Positions 1 to 10,456 are shown, numbered from the whole stretch's first letter. The stretch is 62,411 nucleotides of DNA, filler included, from Sanchytrium tribonematis (GCA_018985235.1; 6 parts of 6 records of this genome joined end to end with filler, not necessarily neighbours in it), one strand, 5' to 3'. The notes: generated by a model not told the origin, from the letters alone. Translations and numbers: made by a program.

Positions 1-106
1 TAATTGGGAATTTACAAATGGAAAATTGAAGGATTTTGGATTGAGTGGCGATGATGTATTTGCAATCAATGCAGACAATAAGGGATATGTGGCACATTTG
101 CAATAA
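1..106 (+). CDS. 3' end of tectonin-like beta-propeller protein (partial, contig edge)
   Basis: Reads NWEFTNGKLKDFGLSGDDVFAINADNKGYVAHLQ*, identical to the C-terminus of ORF 10101-10406. Confidence 0.7.
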   Translation, partial: NWEFTNGKLKDFGLSGDDVFAINADNKGYVAHLQ

Positions 107-161
107 ATATATTTTCAATTCGTGATTTTACATATTCTCCTCGAGGCGTTCTCCTTGAAAA

Positions 162-878
162 ATGATTTTTGGAAGCAAATTTTCTGATAAAATAGACACC
201 GATCTAGATATCACCACAGTAAGTAATGAGATTGAACTATCACGTGAATTAAGATCTTACTGGGTTAAAAGGAATGAATATTTTCCCAATTTTGATGAAA
301 TGGGATATTTAACAGATGAAGAAGGATTATACTCAATCACGCCCTATAAAGCAGCCAACACCATAGCCAGTAGATTTAAGTCATACCAAACAGTCGTCGA
401 TGCTTTTTGTGGCATAGGCGGCAACACAATTGCATTTGCAAAATTGGAAAATATCAAAAAAGTCATTGCAATTGAAATAGATCCCACTAGAATAGAAATC
501 GCCAAATATAATGCCAAAGTAGCAGGAGTGTATGATAAAATACAATTTATATGTGGTGATGCATTACTAGAAATCCCTAAATTATCCATTGATGCTGCAT
601 TTGCAATCTTTTGCAGTCCCGCTTGGAATTTCGAACATTATAAGAAAAATACAGAAGTCTACTCACTCAATGATACAACACCAAATTCATTTGAAGTATT
701 TGCAATCTGCAAGTCCAAAACACCCAATATTGCACTCATGTTGCCTCGTCACACGGAATTAAAAGATTTGCAGTCCTTTCAAGAAATATTTGAAATTCAA
801 CATTTTAAACGAAAACAAACCAAGTCTGTCCAATTTGTATGTGTCTATTATGGTAAATTGATCAAATATATTCAATAA
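162..878 (+). CDS. TGS1: Trimethylguanosine synthase (RNA cap hypermethylase)
   Basis: DEEGLYSITP, VVDAFCGIGGNTIAFA SAM motif, IFCSPAW (SPPW-like). Confidence 0.85.
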   Translation: MIFGSKFSDKIDTDLDITTVSNEIELSRELRSYWVKRNEYFPNFDEMGYLTDEEGLYSITPYKAANTIASRFKSYQTVVDAFCGIGGNTIAFAKLENIKKVIAIEIDPTRIEIAKYNAKVAGVYDKIQFICGDALLEIPKLSIDAAFAIFCSPAWNFEHYKKNTEVYSLNDTTPNSFEVFAICKSKTPNIALMLPRHTELKDLQSFQEIFEIQHFKRKQTKSVQFVCVYYGKLIKYIQ

Positions 879-897
879 ATACAAATTTTATTTGAAT

Positions 898-1455
898 TTA
901 AACTGAGCTACTGTTTGAAACAGATATGGAATGCAAATCAGTATATGTCAATCTGCCTTCTAGTTTGTTGAGTTGCTCGGGAGTGAATCCATATTCGGAA
1001 TCAGATGAGAATCTATGTGATTTTTTTGCAATTTTTGATTTTTGATTTTTCTTTGAAATAACATACGCTACACCTATTAAAGCAACTACGCCACAACTAA
1101 CGCCACCAATAATGTAGCCTGTTTGTGAACTCATAGAATTTGGTGTAGTATTGCTGCTATTGTCACTGTCATCTGTAGAACTCTCTGAATTTGAAGAATT
1201 TGGATCTGGATGGCAATTTGCAGGAATAGATGGTCCGTGTATTGGTTTTCCATTCGAATCAAGATCAGCTGCAGTAGGAGGAGGAGGTCTTTGTGGAGGT
1301 CCATCACATACATATCCAGGTGGCAAAGGTGGTCCAGGAGGTCTACCGTGTCCAGGAGGTCCTCCCAAAGGTGGCATATTGGGTAGAATGATGACGGTAG
1401 GTAAGGAAAAGAGAGGTTTGGAAGCATTCTGCGCAAAAATAACTGGCAGCATCAT
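898..1455 (-). CDS. Pro/Ser-rich single-pass membrane protein
   Basis: Pro-rich then Ser-rich ectodomain, TM segment YIIGGVSCGVVALIGVAYVI followed by KKNQKSK. Confidence 0.65.
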   Translation of the reverse strand: MMLPVIFAQNASKPLFSLPTVIILPNMPPLGGPPGHGRPPGPPLPPGYVCDGPPQRPPPPTAADLDSNGKPIHGPSIPANCHPDPNSSNSESSTDDSDNSSNTTPNSMSSQTGYIIGGVSCGVVALIGVAYVISKKNQKSKIAKKSHRFSSDSEYGFTPEQLNKLEGRLTYTDLHSISVSNSSSV

Positions 1456-1641
1456 GTTTTACCAATAACTTGGGTCTTCTTTTTTGATAATTCTGGTTAC
1501 GCAACAAGCGTATTTGATTGGACCATTTCTAATTTTATTATTTCAAGGTGTTTGTAATAAAGCTCGATTGGTAGCACAGGCATTAAGCCAAGGGAAGACA
1601 AATTGGGACTGTCAATGACGATGCAAACAAAGATTTTATTT

Positions 1642-2229
1642 TTATTGGCGCCCAAAGCGTTCTTGCCCGTCCACCAATAATTTGTATGCTGGGATATATT
1701 CACCATTTACAAATAAATTAGGATTCTTCTTTGTTTTAGAGGCATGACCAATGGATGAATAGCCCATATTATACAATTTACAATATTCAATTTCATTTCT
1801 CAACAAATAATTCCAAATATCTGACAAATTCCATTGGAGAATTGGATTCACACGTAATATACCTGGCCATCCGTTGTCTGTCATTTGTACTATTTGCATA
1901 TTAGAGCCGTGTGGATCTGTAAACCGTGTGCCAACGAAACAAGTCTCAAAAGAGTGTACTTTCAAAAATTCTCTTAATCCTACTTTAATTGAGGTACATG
2001 ATAGAGTATAGAGTATCACATTATAATTATCACAACATTTAAATATAAATTCTTCCAGTTCTGGGAAAGTATCTGGTGTTTTGATATACAAAAGAGGTAT
2101 TTTCGATTTAGTGCATTTAGAGATCAAATCTAGTAAGACAGTACAATCTTTACCGCCATTAAATGATAAAATATACTTGGTATGAAGCACAGATTGAATA
2201 ATCTTAATCGCAGAATCTTGCGCATTCAT
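1642..2229 (-). CDS. FAD1: FAD synthase (PAPS reductase family)
   Basis: LSFNGGKDCTVLL, GTRFTDP, RVNPILQW, LYNMGYSSIG, ERFGR. Confidence 0.92.
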   Translation of the reverse strand: MNAQDSAIKIIQSVLHTKYILSFNGGKDCTVLLDLISKCTKSKIPLLYIKTPDTFPELEEFIFKCCDNYNVILYTLSCTSIKVGLREFLKVHSFETCFVGTRFTDPHGSNMQIVQMTDNGWPGILRVNPILQWNLSDIWNYLLRNEIEYCKLYNMGYSSIGHASKTKKNPNLFVNGEYIPAYKLLVDGQERFGRQ

Positions 2230-2255
2230 CTTTCACGGAGATTCTCCTCCAAAAA

Positions 2256-2684
2256 ATGCAAAGACATTTGTTGACGCTGACCCTTCCAAGTGGCAAATTA
2301 ACAGCTGGTCCACCACTGGGTCCTGCATTTGGACAACGTGGTCTTAAAGCAATTGATTTTACAAAGCAATTTAATGCACAAACAGCTCATTATGTCGATA
2401 AAACACCTTTAAAATGTAATATCGAGGTAGATATCAAGGGTAGACAATTCCAATTTCAAATCAAATCACCTCCAACCTCATATCTAGTCAAGAAATGTAT
2501 TGGATTAGACAAAGGTGGTCAAAAAGGCGAACAAGTTGCTGAAATATCAACTAAAGAGATATATCATGTCGCAGAGACCAAATTAAAAAGTGATCCCACA
2601 TTAAATCTCAAATTTACACATGAAGGACTATGTAGAAGTATCGTTGGATCCTGTAGAGGCATGGGCGTAAAAGTCGTTGAATAA
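2256..2684 (+). CDS. MRPL19: Mitochondrial ribosomal protein uL11m
   Basis: GPPLGPAFGQRG, KSPPTSYL, SIVGSCRGMGVKV. Confidence 0.9.
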   Translation: MQRHLLTLTLPSGKLTAGPPLGPAFGQRGLKAIDFTKQFNAQTAHYVDKTPLKCNIEVDIKGRQFQFQIKSPPTSYLVKKCIGLDKGGQKGEQVAEISTKEIYHVAETKLKSDPTLNLKFTHEGLCRSIVGSCRGMGVKVVE

Positions 2685-2707
2685 ATTCCGTGAAACATTA
2701 ATTTTAA

Positions 2708-3259
2708 ATGGAAAATTCTCTATTTCAATTAAAACTAAGTGCAAAACAACTCGTCAAGGCCAGTAAGAAATGCGAAAAAGAAGAGAAACAAGAGAAATTA
2801 AAAGCTAAAAAAGCCATCCAACAAGGTAATAATGATGGTGCTCGTTTATACGCAGCCAATGCCATAAGAAAGAAAACAGAGGCACTTAATCTACTCAAAT
2901 TATCCAGCCGTGTAGATGCCATGGCAAGTCGTGTTCAAACTGCTATTACCATGAAACAAACGACTCAAAATTTACAAGTTATTTGCAGAGATATGGATAG
3001 AGCACTCGGAAAGATGGATTTAAATACCATGACCATGTTAATGGACAGATTTGAACATCAAAATGAACAAATTGATATCACAACCAACGTCATGGAAGAT
3101 TCCATCAACACAAAAACACCAAATGAATTGGCTCAAGTCGATGAATTATTGCAACAAATAGCTGATGAAGCAGGTTTAGAAATAAAAATGAACCCAGTTA
3201 AGAATGAAGAACCAGCAGCAATTGATTTAGAACAACGATTAGCCAAATTAAGACAATAA
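2708..3259 (+). CDS. DID2: ESCRT-III associated protein Did2/CHMP1
   Basis: LFQLK...ARLYAANAIRKK, SRVDAMASRVQTA, C-terminal MIM LEQRLAKLR. Confidence 0.92.
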   Translation: MENSLFQLKLSAKQLVKASKKCEKEEKQEKLKAKKAIQQGNNDGARLYAANAIRKKTEALNLLKLSSRVDAMASRVQTAITMKQTTQNLQVICRDMDRALGKMDLNTMTMLMDRFEHQNEQIDITTNVMEDSINTKTPNELAQVDELLQQIADEAGLEIKMNPVKNEEPAAIDLEQRLAKLRQ

Positions 3260-3291
3260 ATTTGTAATTTTCTGAAATCCACGGAGCACAC

Positions 3292-3723
3292 ATGTCTGTT
3301 CAATTGCCATTTGCAAATGCTGTCAAATTACTCAAACGCGTCTCATTAATCTCATGTATCTCATCTATTGGTGCATTAGGCATCGTATCCAGTGAAATAT
3401 TCCCATCAAAAGTCCCCAAAAATGTCCAATTAGCTGTCATGTCCACTGCTGCATTTATGGGTACTACTAGCACATTATTACTTCATTATTGTCTACGTGG
3501 CTATGTATTACGAATACAAAACCATCAGAATCAAATTAAATTGACCACAATGAGATTATTTAAAGAACAATCTCATATTTTTGATAAAACTCATTTAGAA
3601 ATAAAACCAGAATTAATGAGTAATGTGCATGTGAAATCAAATTACAGAAACAATAGCAAATTAAATGATTTTTATGTATCTGAGAAATCATTAGATTTGT
3701 TGAAATTGAATCAAGAACAATAA
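3292..3723 (+). CDS. TMEM70/TMEM186/TMEM223-like mitochondrial membrane protein
   Basis: VKLLKRVSLIS, two TM helices, TLLLHYCLRGYVLRI pattern. Confidence 0.55.
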   Translation: MSVQLPFANAVKLLKRVSLISCISSIGALGIVSSEIFPSKVPKNVQLAVMSTAAFMGTTSTLLLHYCLRGYVLRIQNHQNQIKLTTMRLFKEQSHIFDKTHLEIKPELMSNVHVKSNYRNNSKLNDFYVSEKSLDLLKLNQEQ

Positions 3724-3757
3724 AATAAAATTGGTATTTTATTTGGGTATTTCTAAA

Positions 3758-4408
3758 TTATCTCACGAAAACTGCGCGTCCATCAAATGCTCTATAACCC
3801 TCATATTTTTGGCGTCCGAGTGTTAACTTGTGTTGATTAAAAAGATGTCTCATTCCCTTATAAATTTCAACGTTTTGTTTCTTGGTATTGTGTTCATTTA
3901 ATTCTCGGTCCTTTTTGGTCTCAGAGATTTCTATTCTCTTGTCTACTTTAAGCTCATTTTTGAGTCCAATCGAATCCGATTGGTGTCGAGTAACAATTTC
4001 CTCCATAACTTTTCTTGATATCATTGCAGTTGTTGCTTCATTCTTTAATATTTGCATTGCGTTAATGACTTTTTTCGTGATTACCCAATCTCGAGGACCT
4101 GGTCGAATTGCTGCAACATAATCTGTAATCGCCTTTTCTCTTTCCACTTCTTCAATTGTTGCAACTAATGAACTATCTGGTATTTGGTTAATGTGGGTAA
4201 GCATTGCTTCATGAGCGAAATTAATGAATTTAACATATTCCGGGTCGCCAATAAGTCCCTCACTTGCAAATTGAATCAATTTATCTATCCGTTGAATCTT
4301 TTCTTGAATATCCTGATCCGTTGGACCTTCAAATGGGGGTGGCTCCAATAATCCATTTTTATTAGGTAAGACTCGTGCGTATATTAGTACTTGAAAAATC
4401 CAAATCAT
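3758..4408 (-). CDS. Hypothetical protein, possibly secreted
   Basis: 216-aa ORF with short hydrophobic N-terminus; no family recognised. Confidence 0.55.
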   Translation of the reverse strand: MIWIFQVLIYARVLPNKNGLLEPPPFEGPTDQDIQEKIQRIDKLIQFASEGLIGDPEYVKFINFAHEAMLTHINQIPDSSLVATIEEVEREKAITDYVAAIRPGPRDWVITKKVINAMQILKNEATTAMISRKVMEEIVTRHQSDSIGLKNELKVDKRIEISETKKDRELNEHNTKKQNVEIYKGMRHLFNQHKLTLGRQKYEGYRAFDGRAVFVR

Positions 4409-4502
4409 GTGTAATTGAAGGACCTAACATTGTTTTGTTTCAATCACAGGAATCTCAGATCTATGGTAGACAAAACAAGACGATTTAATTGGTACCAGTC
4501 AT

Positions 4503-5333
4503 TTATTCGTTATCCAATTCAACAGACTGTAAAACATGATGATCAAATTCCATATCATATTCTTCTTTTTTAATATTTTGAATATATTTTAGAAAATCTA
4601 CTTTTTTATCAATGACAACCGTGCCAATCACCAAACACAATGTAAATAAGACCCAAGCAACACCCCATTCTAAAATAGATTCACCATAAAAGAATAAATA
4701 AAGACCAGGGATTGACGTACTCAGTAAAATGACTTTTGTTTTCACCATGGCTTCTACTAAATCTTTGGCTTGTAGCATATTATCTAGATCATATCCAATG
4801 GTATGCAGCATGCGATTGACGTGTCTAGTGTAATTTATTTCCAAGCAAATCTCACTGATAAAGACTAAAGGGAGATTCAAAATTAGTAAACTTAGAGCCA
4901 TTTCCAAACTAATAAACAATGACATGAGAAATAAACCTAAAATCACACCTTCTACACAACATAATGCATTGCTTGTTCTTTCTGATCCTACAAATCTCCA
5001 AGAATAAAAGAATTGTAAAATAAACAAGGCTACTGTGATATTTAACACAAATAACACCACTAACAAGATATAAATAGCCAATTCATACCCGTAATAACCA
5101 TGCGGCATGAAGATCAAGTAACTTAGAATAAAACTGAGCACAGTAATCAACATATAACAGAATATTCCTAAATTGATGAATATGGTATTACTTGATTTTT
5201 GATAAGTGAATTTGAGTAGCCAGATAGATGCTAATCCACATATTAAATTAATTAAAAAGAAACTTGCTCGATAAAATATAAAAAAATCCATTTGTTTGAG
5301 ATGGTGACGTCGTCCTTTTTTAGTAGGAAGCAC
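4503..5333 (-). CDS. Hypothetical multi-pass membrane protein (true start probably the internal MDFF)
   Basis: About 6-7 hydrophobic segments; stop within AATAAA. Confidence 0.6.
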   Translation of the reverse strand: MLPTKKGRRHHLKQMDFFIFYRASFFLINLICGLASIWLLKFTYQKSSNTIFINLGIFCYMLITVLSFILSYLIFMPHGYYGYELAIYILLVVLFVLNITVALFILQFFYSWRFVGSERTSNALCCVEGVILGLFLMSLFISLEMALSLLILNLPLVFISEICLEINYTRHVNRMLHTIGYDLDNMLQAKDLVEAMVKTKVILLSTSIPGLYLFFYGESILEWGVAWVLFTLCLVIGTVVIDKKVDFLKYIQNIKKEEYDMEFDHHVLQSVELDNE

Positions 5334-5347
5334 TAGATTTCTCTAAA

Positions 5348-5851
5348 TTATTTGAATTTGTGTTTATTAATTTCATGTTCGGCTATTAATTTATGGGCAC
5401 ATAATTGGATATTTGCTGCAGAGGACACCAATTCATCCAATGAATAGCAAAAATCATTTAATTGCTCCAGTAGATCTCTACTTTCAGGAATTCCAATCAA
5501 TTCACATTTCATCACGATGCTTTCAGCTATATCTACACAATCCTGCTTGAATAATTGAATATTATTGGCTTTAATTTCTTTAAAATCCAACATTCTTTCT
5601 AATCCCTTTACCAAATCATTTATATCCAATTGCTGCATTTGTTCAATGGTGGGGCATGGTGGCGTCTTTCTTTTATTCGCTAACCGTGCCAAATTCTCCA
5701 ATTTTTCATCATTATATTTCTTGCTTCCTACATTTAAAATATGGTCCACTTTTAATTTCAATGCAAACATACCCTCTACTATTTTAGATTCTATATGGTC
5801 GAAACATACTAAATTATCTGTTAATGCGTGAATGCGTTCTATAAAACTCAT
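5348..5851 (-). CDS. Hypothetical helical protein
   Basis: 167-aa ORF filling the gap; TCCGTG motif ~20 nt upstream of the ATG. Confidence 0.55.
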   Translation of the reverse strand: MSFIERIHALTDNLVCFDHIESKIVEGMFALKLKVDHILNVGSKKYNDEKLENLARLANKRKTPPCPTIEQMQQLDINDLVKGLERMLDFKEIKANNIQLFKQDCVDIAESIVMKCELIGIPESRDLLEQLNDFCYSLDELVSSAANIQLCAHKLIAEHEINKHKFK

Positions 5852-5898
5852 TCAAAAAAGAAAGAGAATTCACGGAGATTGCAAGAAAATTTGAAATT

Positions 5899-6165
5899 TT
5901 ATTCATTTTTATCAATGGTCATATAATTGAGTGCTGGTACTTGGAATGCGCTGGTATCTATTGTAATATTCTCTGTTATCTCTTCTATATCTCCCCAATC
6001 CATAATTTCATCAGTTTCCCATTTCATCGTTGCTGGATTATATTTTGGACCAGAAGTGGTTGATTTATTGAGAGATTGACTAATTGAATGCACAAATGAA
6101 TTAAATTCTTCTTCTATTTGTTTTAATGAGTTCTCAATTGACTCAATTTCATTGATTTCGCTCAT
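5899..6165 (-). CDS. Small hypothetical protein
   Basis: 88-aa ATG ORF ending GAA-TAA-A; YNPATMKW segment weakly recalls Byr4/Bfa1. Confidence 0.45.
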   Translation of the reverse strand: MSEINEIESIENSLKQIEEEFNSFVHSISQSLNKSTTSGPKYNPATMKWETDEIMDWGDIEEITENITIDTSAFQVPALNYMTIDKNE

Positions 6166-6345
6166 GAAATAGAAATGGCTTTTATTCGCGAAAATTTAAA
6201 TTTTTGATTGGACCTGCAAAATGCCATTTGATGGCTATATTGGTGGCTATATTTGGCAAATCAAGTGTTGCATATAAAATAGACACGGTATGTCTAGAAA
6301 CAAGAATCTAAATATAACTACAAGCAAATGAAGCAGAAGCAACAA

Positions 6346-6416
6346 GGGGGAATCCGGGAATCGAACCCAGGTCTCTTACACCCTAAGCAAACGTACTACC
6401 ACTATACTAATTCCCC
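6346..6416 (-). tRNA. tRNA-Pro(AGG), intronless
   Basis: Minus strand folds as a cloverleaf: acceptor GGGGAAT/ATTCCCC, D-loop AGTGGT, anticodon loop TT-AGG-GT, T arm CTGGG-TTCGATT-CCCGG, discriminator C. Confidence 0.9.
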
Positions 6417-6515
6417 GTACCAAATTTCTTGAAATTGGCGTACATGTAACTCTAATTTCCCAAGAATAATGCTTTAAATCATATTAATAGTCATAAAATT
6501 GCTTGAAATCGTTTA

Positions 6516-7046
6516 TTAAGCGTGTTGTTTCTTTTTTTGTACGTCAAAATCTAATCTGAGATGTCTGTCATTCATAGAAGCACCGCGTTTGTCTTGAAAT
6601 GCAGCAACTGCTTCTTCAACAGTGTTATAATGGACATATCCATAACCCAATGACTCTCCAGATTCTCTTTTGGTGCACACGACAGCGTCTAAGCATCCTT
6701 CGAAGAATTCAGCCAAATCTTCTTCAGAACAAGAATATGGCAAATTTCCAACAAATAAAGAAGAAGATTGCTCTTTAGGAACTGGTAATGCAGGTGCTTC
6801 ATCACTAGCTTCTCTAAATACGAGAGTACGGCCACCTAATTCCATATCTTCTTGAGCTAAAATGTGTTCCAAATCGGCTCTTTTTGCAAATGTCACGAAT
6901 GCAATACCCTTGCTTCTGCCAGTTCTAAAGTTCTTTGGCAACTTGATATTCTCAATCTCACAATCGAATAATTCTTCAATTTCTGCTTTAGTAGAAGAGA
7001 AGGGTAATTGTCCAACAAAGAGCGTTTTTGATTTGGATTCTGTCAT
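6516..7046 (-). CDS. Two-RRM RNA-binding protein (Nsr1/Gar2/nucleolin-like)
   Basis: RNP2/RNP1 pairs LFVGQL..KGIAFVTF and LFVGNL..GYGYVHY; start moved to MTESK at 7046. Confidence 0.85.
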   Translation of the reverse strand: MTESKSKTLFVGQLPFSSTKAEIEELFDCEIENIKLPKNFRTGRSKGIAFVTFAKRADLEHILAQEDMELGGRTLVFREASDEAPALPVPKEQSSSLFVGNLPYSCSEEDLAEFFEGCLDAVVCTKRESGESLGYGYVHYNTVEEAVAAFQDKRGASMNDRHLRLDFDVQKKKQHA

Positions 7047-7365
7047 TTTTTGGTGTTTTGTCCCGTCCCTCCTTTTATGACAAATTTTGAGACACAACAG
7101 ACCTGCGAAAAATACAAATATTGACTCGCGAATCAAGGAAGACGAACCATAAACACAGCAGGTCTGATACAACGTCATTGTAGAGAGGCAATTGACTTTG
7201 AAACAAATTATTCAAAATCAAACCTTTGTTATTCAACTCAAGAGTCACTATATCTATTTCCTAAAATAGACTTTTTCAATCTTATAAATGTCTGTCATTC
7301 AATAAACAATCGGGCAATGCTTCTTTACTATGAGTGGCTTATTAAATAAAATTACCCATTTTTAA

Positions 7366-10085
7366 ATGTACGCGCTACTTTTGACTTTTTTGACTCTTTT
7401 AGTCTCTATATCCATAGACTGTCCCATCGTTATTCAATTAGCCTTGGATTTAGAAATCAAGTTCACAAATACAGAATACTTTATGCAGTACGAAAAAGAT
7501 TGTTGTTTGGGAAAAGGTGTTATTTGTGAAAATGAGAGGGTTGTTGAGCTACATTGGGATTTCCCATATGACTATAGCAAAGTAACGTACCCCATTGTCA
7601 CTTTCCCACCACATTTGCGTGTATTAGACTTTTCCAATTGCTACAAATCAATGATCATCAAACAATTGCCTGATACATTGAAAGTATTCAACTCTTATCA
7701 AGCAGAATTTGTCTATTTGAAAGTCAGTACATTTCCAAACCTAACTTATTTTAATTTGGCCCAATTTGGTCCTTCTGGTATCCCCACATTACCGAGATTG
7801 CCAGATTCATTGCAATATATTGAGATTGAGTCATATCCATATGACATTTTGCCACTAAATGCCACAAATCTTAAAGAAATTCATCATTTCAGCCTGAATG
7901 AAGAACAACCAAGGCCATTTCCAAATCTACTGGAAACCATTGAGATTGTTGAACTTTTATATTTGAATTTAGTTGGCCCAATTTTGATGCATTTTCCAAA
8001 TGTTCAATATTTTGTCTTGAGCGGTAAAAATTTAAACGGTAATCTGACAATTACTTCTCCAAATATCACTAACTTAAACATTGGTGACGCTGGATTCAAT
8101 AGGTTATTTGTAAAATATCCTCAGAAAATCACAATCTGCTCGGTTGATCAACTCAGACTTGAACCCGATAACCAAGTCGATGTGGGCCCACTGCAGTCTC
8201 GTGGTTGTAAAATATTTCAAAACTCCCCAATCCATCGACTGCCCCAATCTCAATCAATTTATGCTTCAACTGAATTTTCATCTAGTAGCACCAAATTTTT
8301 ATAATTATATAACTACTTTGGACAATTGTTGTGATGAACGGTGGTATATTACCTGCAATAAAAACAGAATTAGTTTCATAAGATTTAGAGGATATAACGT
8401 AAATGGAACTATCAATACAACTTTATTACCCAGTACCTTAGATACGCTTCTATTAAGCTATAATAAATTAAGTGGAACATTTCCAAATCTAACCAAATTA
8501 GTTAAATTGACAAATTTAGAAATGAATAATAACAATTTTGGTGGTTCTATTTATGGAAAACTACCAATTAGTCTAAAATATACGGATTTGAGCTTTAATA
8601 ATTTAAATGGTACCATTCCCAATTTACCAGTTTTAACAAGTTTTCACTCAACCAACAATCAATTTGATTCGGTGGAAAATGAATTAAATTTAGCAAATTA
8701 CGTGAGCATTGATCTCTCTCATAATAAAATAAGAGGTACAATCAACATGTTGAAGTTTGTATCTGGTTTATATAGCGGGCTAAAATTTAGAGACAACTTG
8801 ATTGATAAAATATTGGCACTGCCACCCAATTTAAATACAAATTGTGATGTATCAATGAATAATATCTCGCAAGAGGATTTGCGCAATTTTACAATTTGTA
8901 ATTCTGCTATTCAAAAGTATTCTGAACCTGTAAAATTTGAATCTTGCCAATTTGTGGACAGAATATTTCAAAAATTGGGATTTATTTATCCAGAAATGGA
9001 CCAAAATTGCTGTAAATCTTCGGGTGTGTATACATACGTTGTGTGTGCTGGTCAAAATGTGACAGAATTAAGAATACAGAATACATTAAATAGACAGGGC
9101 GTTACAATAGATGGATATGCCTTTTCAGTTTCAGATATTCCACCAACTTTACGCAAATTGACGATTGGCTACATATTTGACAGACCAGTAAAATTGCCAC
9201 CTAATATTCCTGGAAACATCAAAGAAATTACCCTCATTGTTTCAAATATACGAGGAGAATTGCCTAAATTTTCTGAAGGATTGGAAATTTTGAGTATTTC
9301 AAATAGCAATCTGAGTCAAACATGGCCAATACTTCCGAGCACTTTGAAAGTACTTAAGGTCGCGTATTGCAATTTAACAGGTCCTATTCCCAATTTGCCA
9401 CCCAATTTAGAAGAATTACAAATTCAGGGGAATTTTCTAACAGGTCCATTTCCAGTATTTCCTGCTTCTCTCAAGACTGTTATATTGGGGGATAGCGTGC
9501 ATGAAGGTAATTCATTCAACGACAAGTTGATATTACAAAATCCCACTACTCTAATTTTAGGAGACACCAATATTATTGATGTGCAAATTAATTCCACTTC
9601 TGCTTTAAGTAGCTGTGATTTGTCATTTAACCCTTTATTAAATAGCACTTTTGTGGGCAATTATACGAAATGCACAAAGTATTATTTGAGTTATTTACCA
9701 CAGAAATTGCAAATTGCAACGGTGCAGACTTTAGATAGCTCAAATGTAATTGAGACTGCTTTCCTTCCTGAAACAGCAAATTATGGTATTTTGAAATAAT
9801 TTAGTTGCAACTCGAATATTTTACAAAACATTATTAAGTGGAGCAAACATTTCTTCAGTTGAATTCATTTCAAAAACCACTAGCCATTCAAAAATAAGCA
9901 CGCAATTCAATGCCACGTTGACAAAATTTGATTTGCCGCCAATGTTTCGACTTTCTTGGACATGGCAAGTGATTACGCGGGTAGAAATCAGCTTACTGCT
10001 GCTCGTTAGTTTATTGACACGGTTAACTGTATTAAAACGAAGAAAATCAAAGAGTAAAAACAATCCAGTTTCAAATGCATTTTAA
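7366..10085 (+). CDS. Modular LRR cell-surface protein (signal peptide, 3 Cys-capped LRR modules, C-terminal TM); frameshift near 8215 and 19-nt intron 9786-9804
   Basis: Repeated DC...CC...C caps plus LP.L..L repeats; splicing adds exon VATRIF...WQVITRVEISLLLLVSLLTRLTVLKRRKSK...AF*. Confidence 0.75.
9786..9804 (+). other. 19-nt spliceosomal intron
   Basis: gtattttgaaataatttag; removal deletes the stop and opens a ~93-codon exon encoding a TM anchor. Confidence 0.8.
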
Positions 10086-10100
10086 ATAAAATCACCGTAT

Positions 10101-10406
10101 TTATTGCAAATGTGCCACATATCCCTTGTTGTCTGCATTGATTGCAAATACATCATCGCCACTCAATCCAAAATCCTTCAATTTTCCATTTGTAAATTCC
10201 CAATTTTGTCCATTTGCATCTCCACAAATTAAAACGCCATTTATAGAAATACCACACAATCTATTCCCACTCAATTGGATAGACTGGAATTTCTTGGAAT
10301 CAATGGCTTTCCATTTTTGAGATGTCACATCGTCTGTGCAAACAATTTGTGCGCCCATCGTGCTAATTCCGCAGGCTCTGCCATTGTCAATCGTCACAGC
10401 TGTCAT
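10101..10406 (-). CDS. Tectonin-like beta-propeller protein (5' end uncertain, near contig edge)
   Basis: Repeats of CGI..G.(I/L).C.D....W and V(F/W)(A/G)(I/V)N type blades. Confidence 0.6.
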   Translation of the reverse strand: MTAVTIDNGRACGISTMGAQIVCTDDVTSQKWKAIDSKKFQSIQLSGNRLCGISINGVLICGDANGQNWEFTNGKLKDFGLSGDDVFAINADNKGYVAHLQ

Positions 10407-10456
10407 GTAGCCCTTTGAAGAAGTCCAAGTTGTGTTTGGTTCACATTGTAATTAGA

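Noticed and set aside
1151..1468. Gly-rich ORF
   Set aside because: Antisense shadow of the Pro-rich gene 898-1455
3753..3772. Possible 20-nt intron gttttcgtgagataatttag (-) at the end of ORF 3758-4408
   Set aside because: 3' end fits the consensus but the 5' end is GTT rather than GTA; no homology support, and the extension would run into the neighbouring gene
6346..6416. Recoded tRNA (Ala-like 5' GGGGAATTAG with a Pro anticodon)
   Set aside because: No G3:U70 pair and the discriminator is C, consistent with an ordinary eukaryotic tRNA-Pro
8103..8196. Intron explaining the LRR frameshift
   Set aside because: GT-AG candidates (15, 21, 22 nt) lack the TNAYTYAG end and would remove module-like coding sequence
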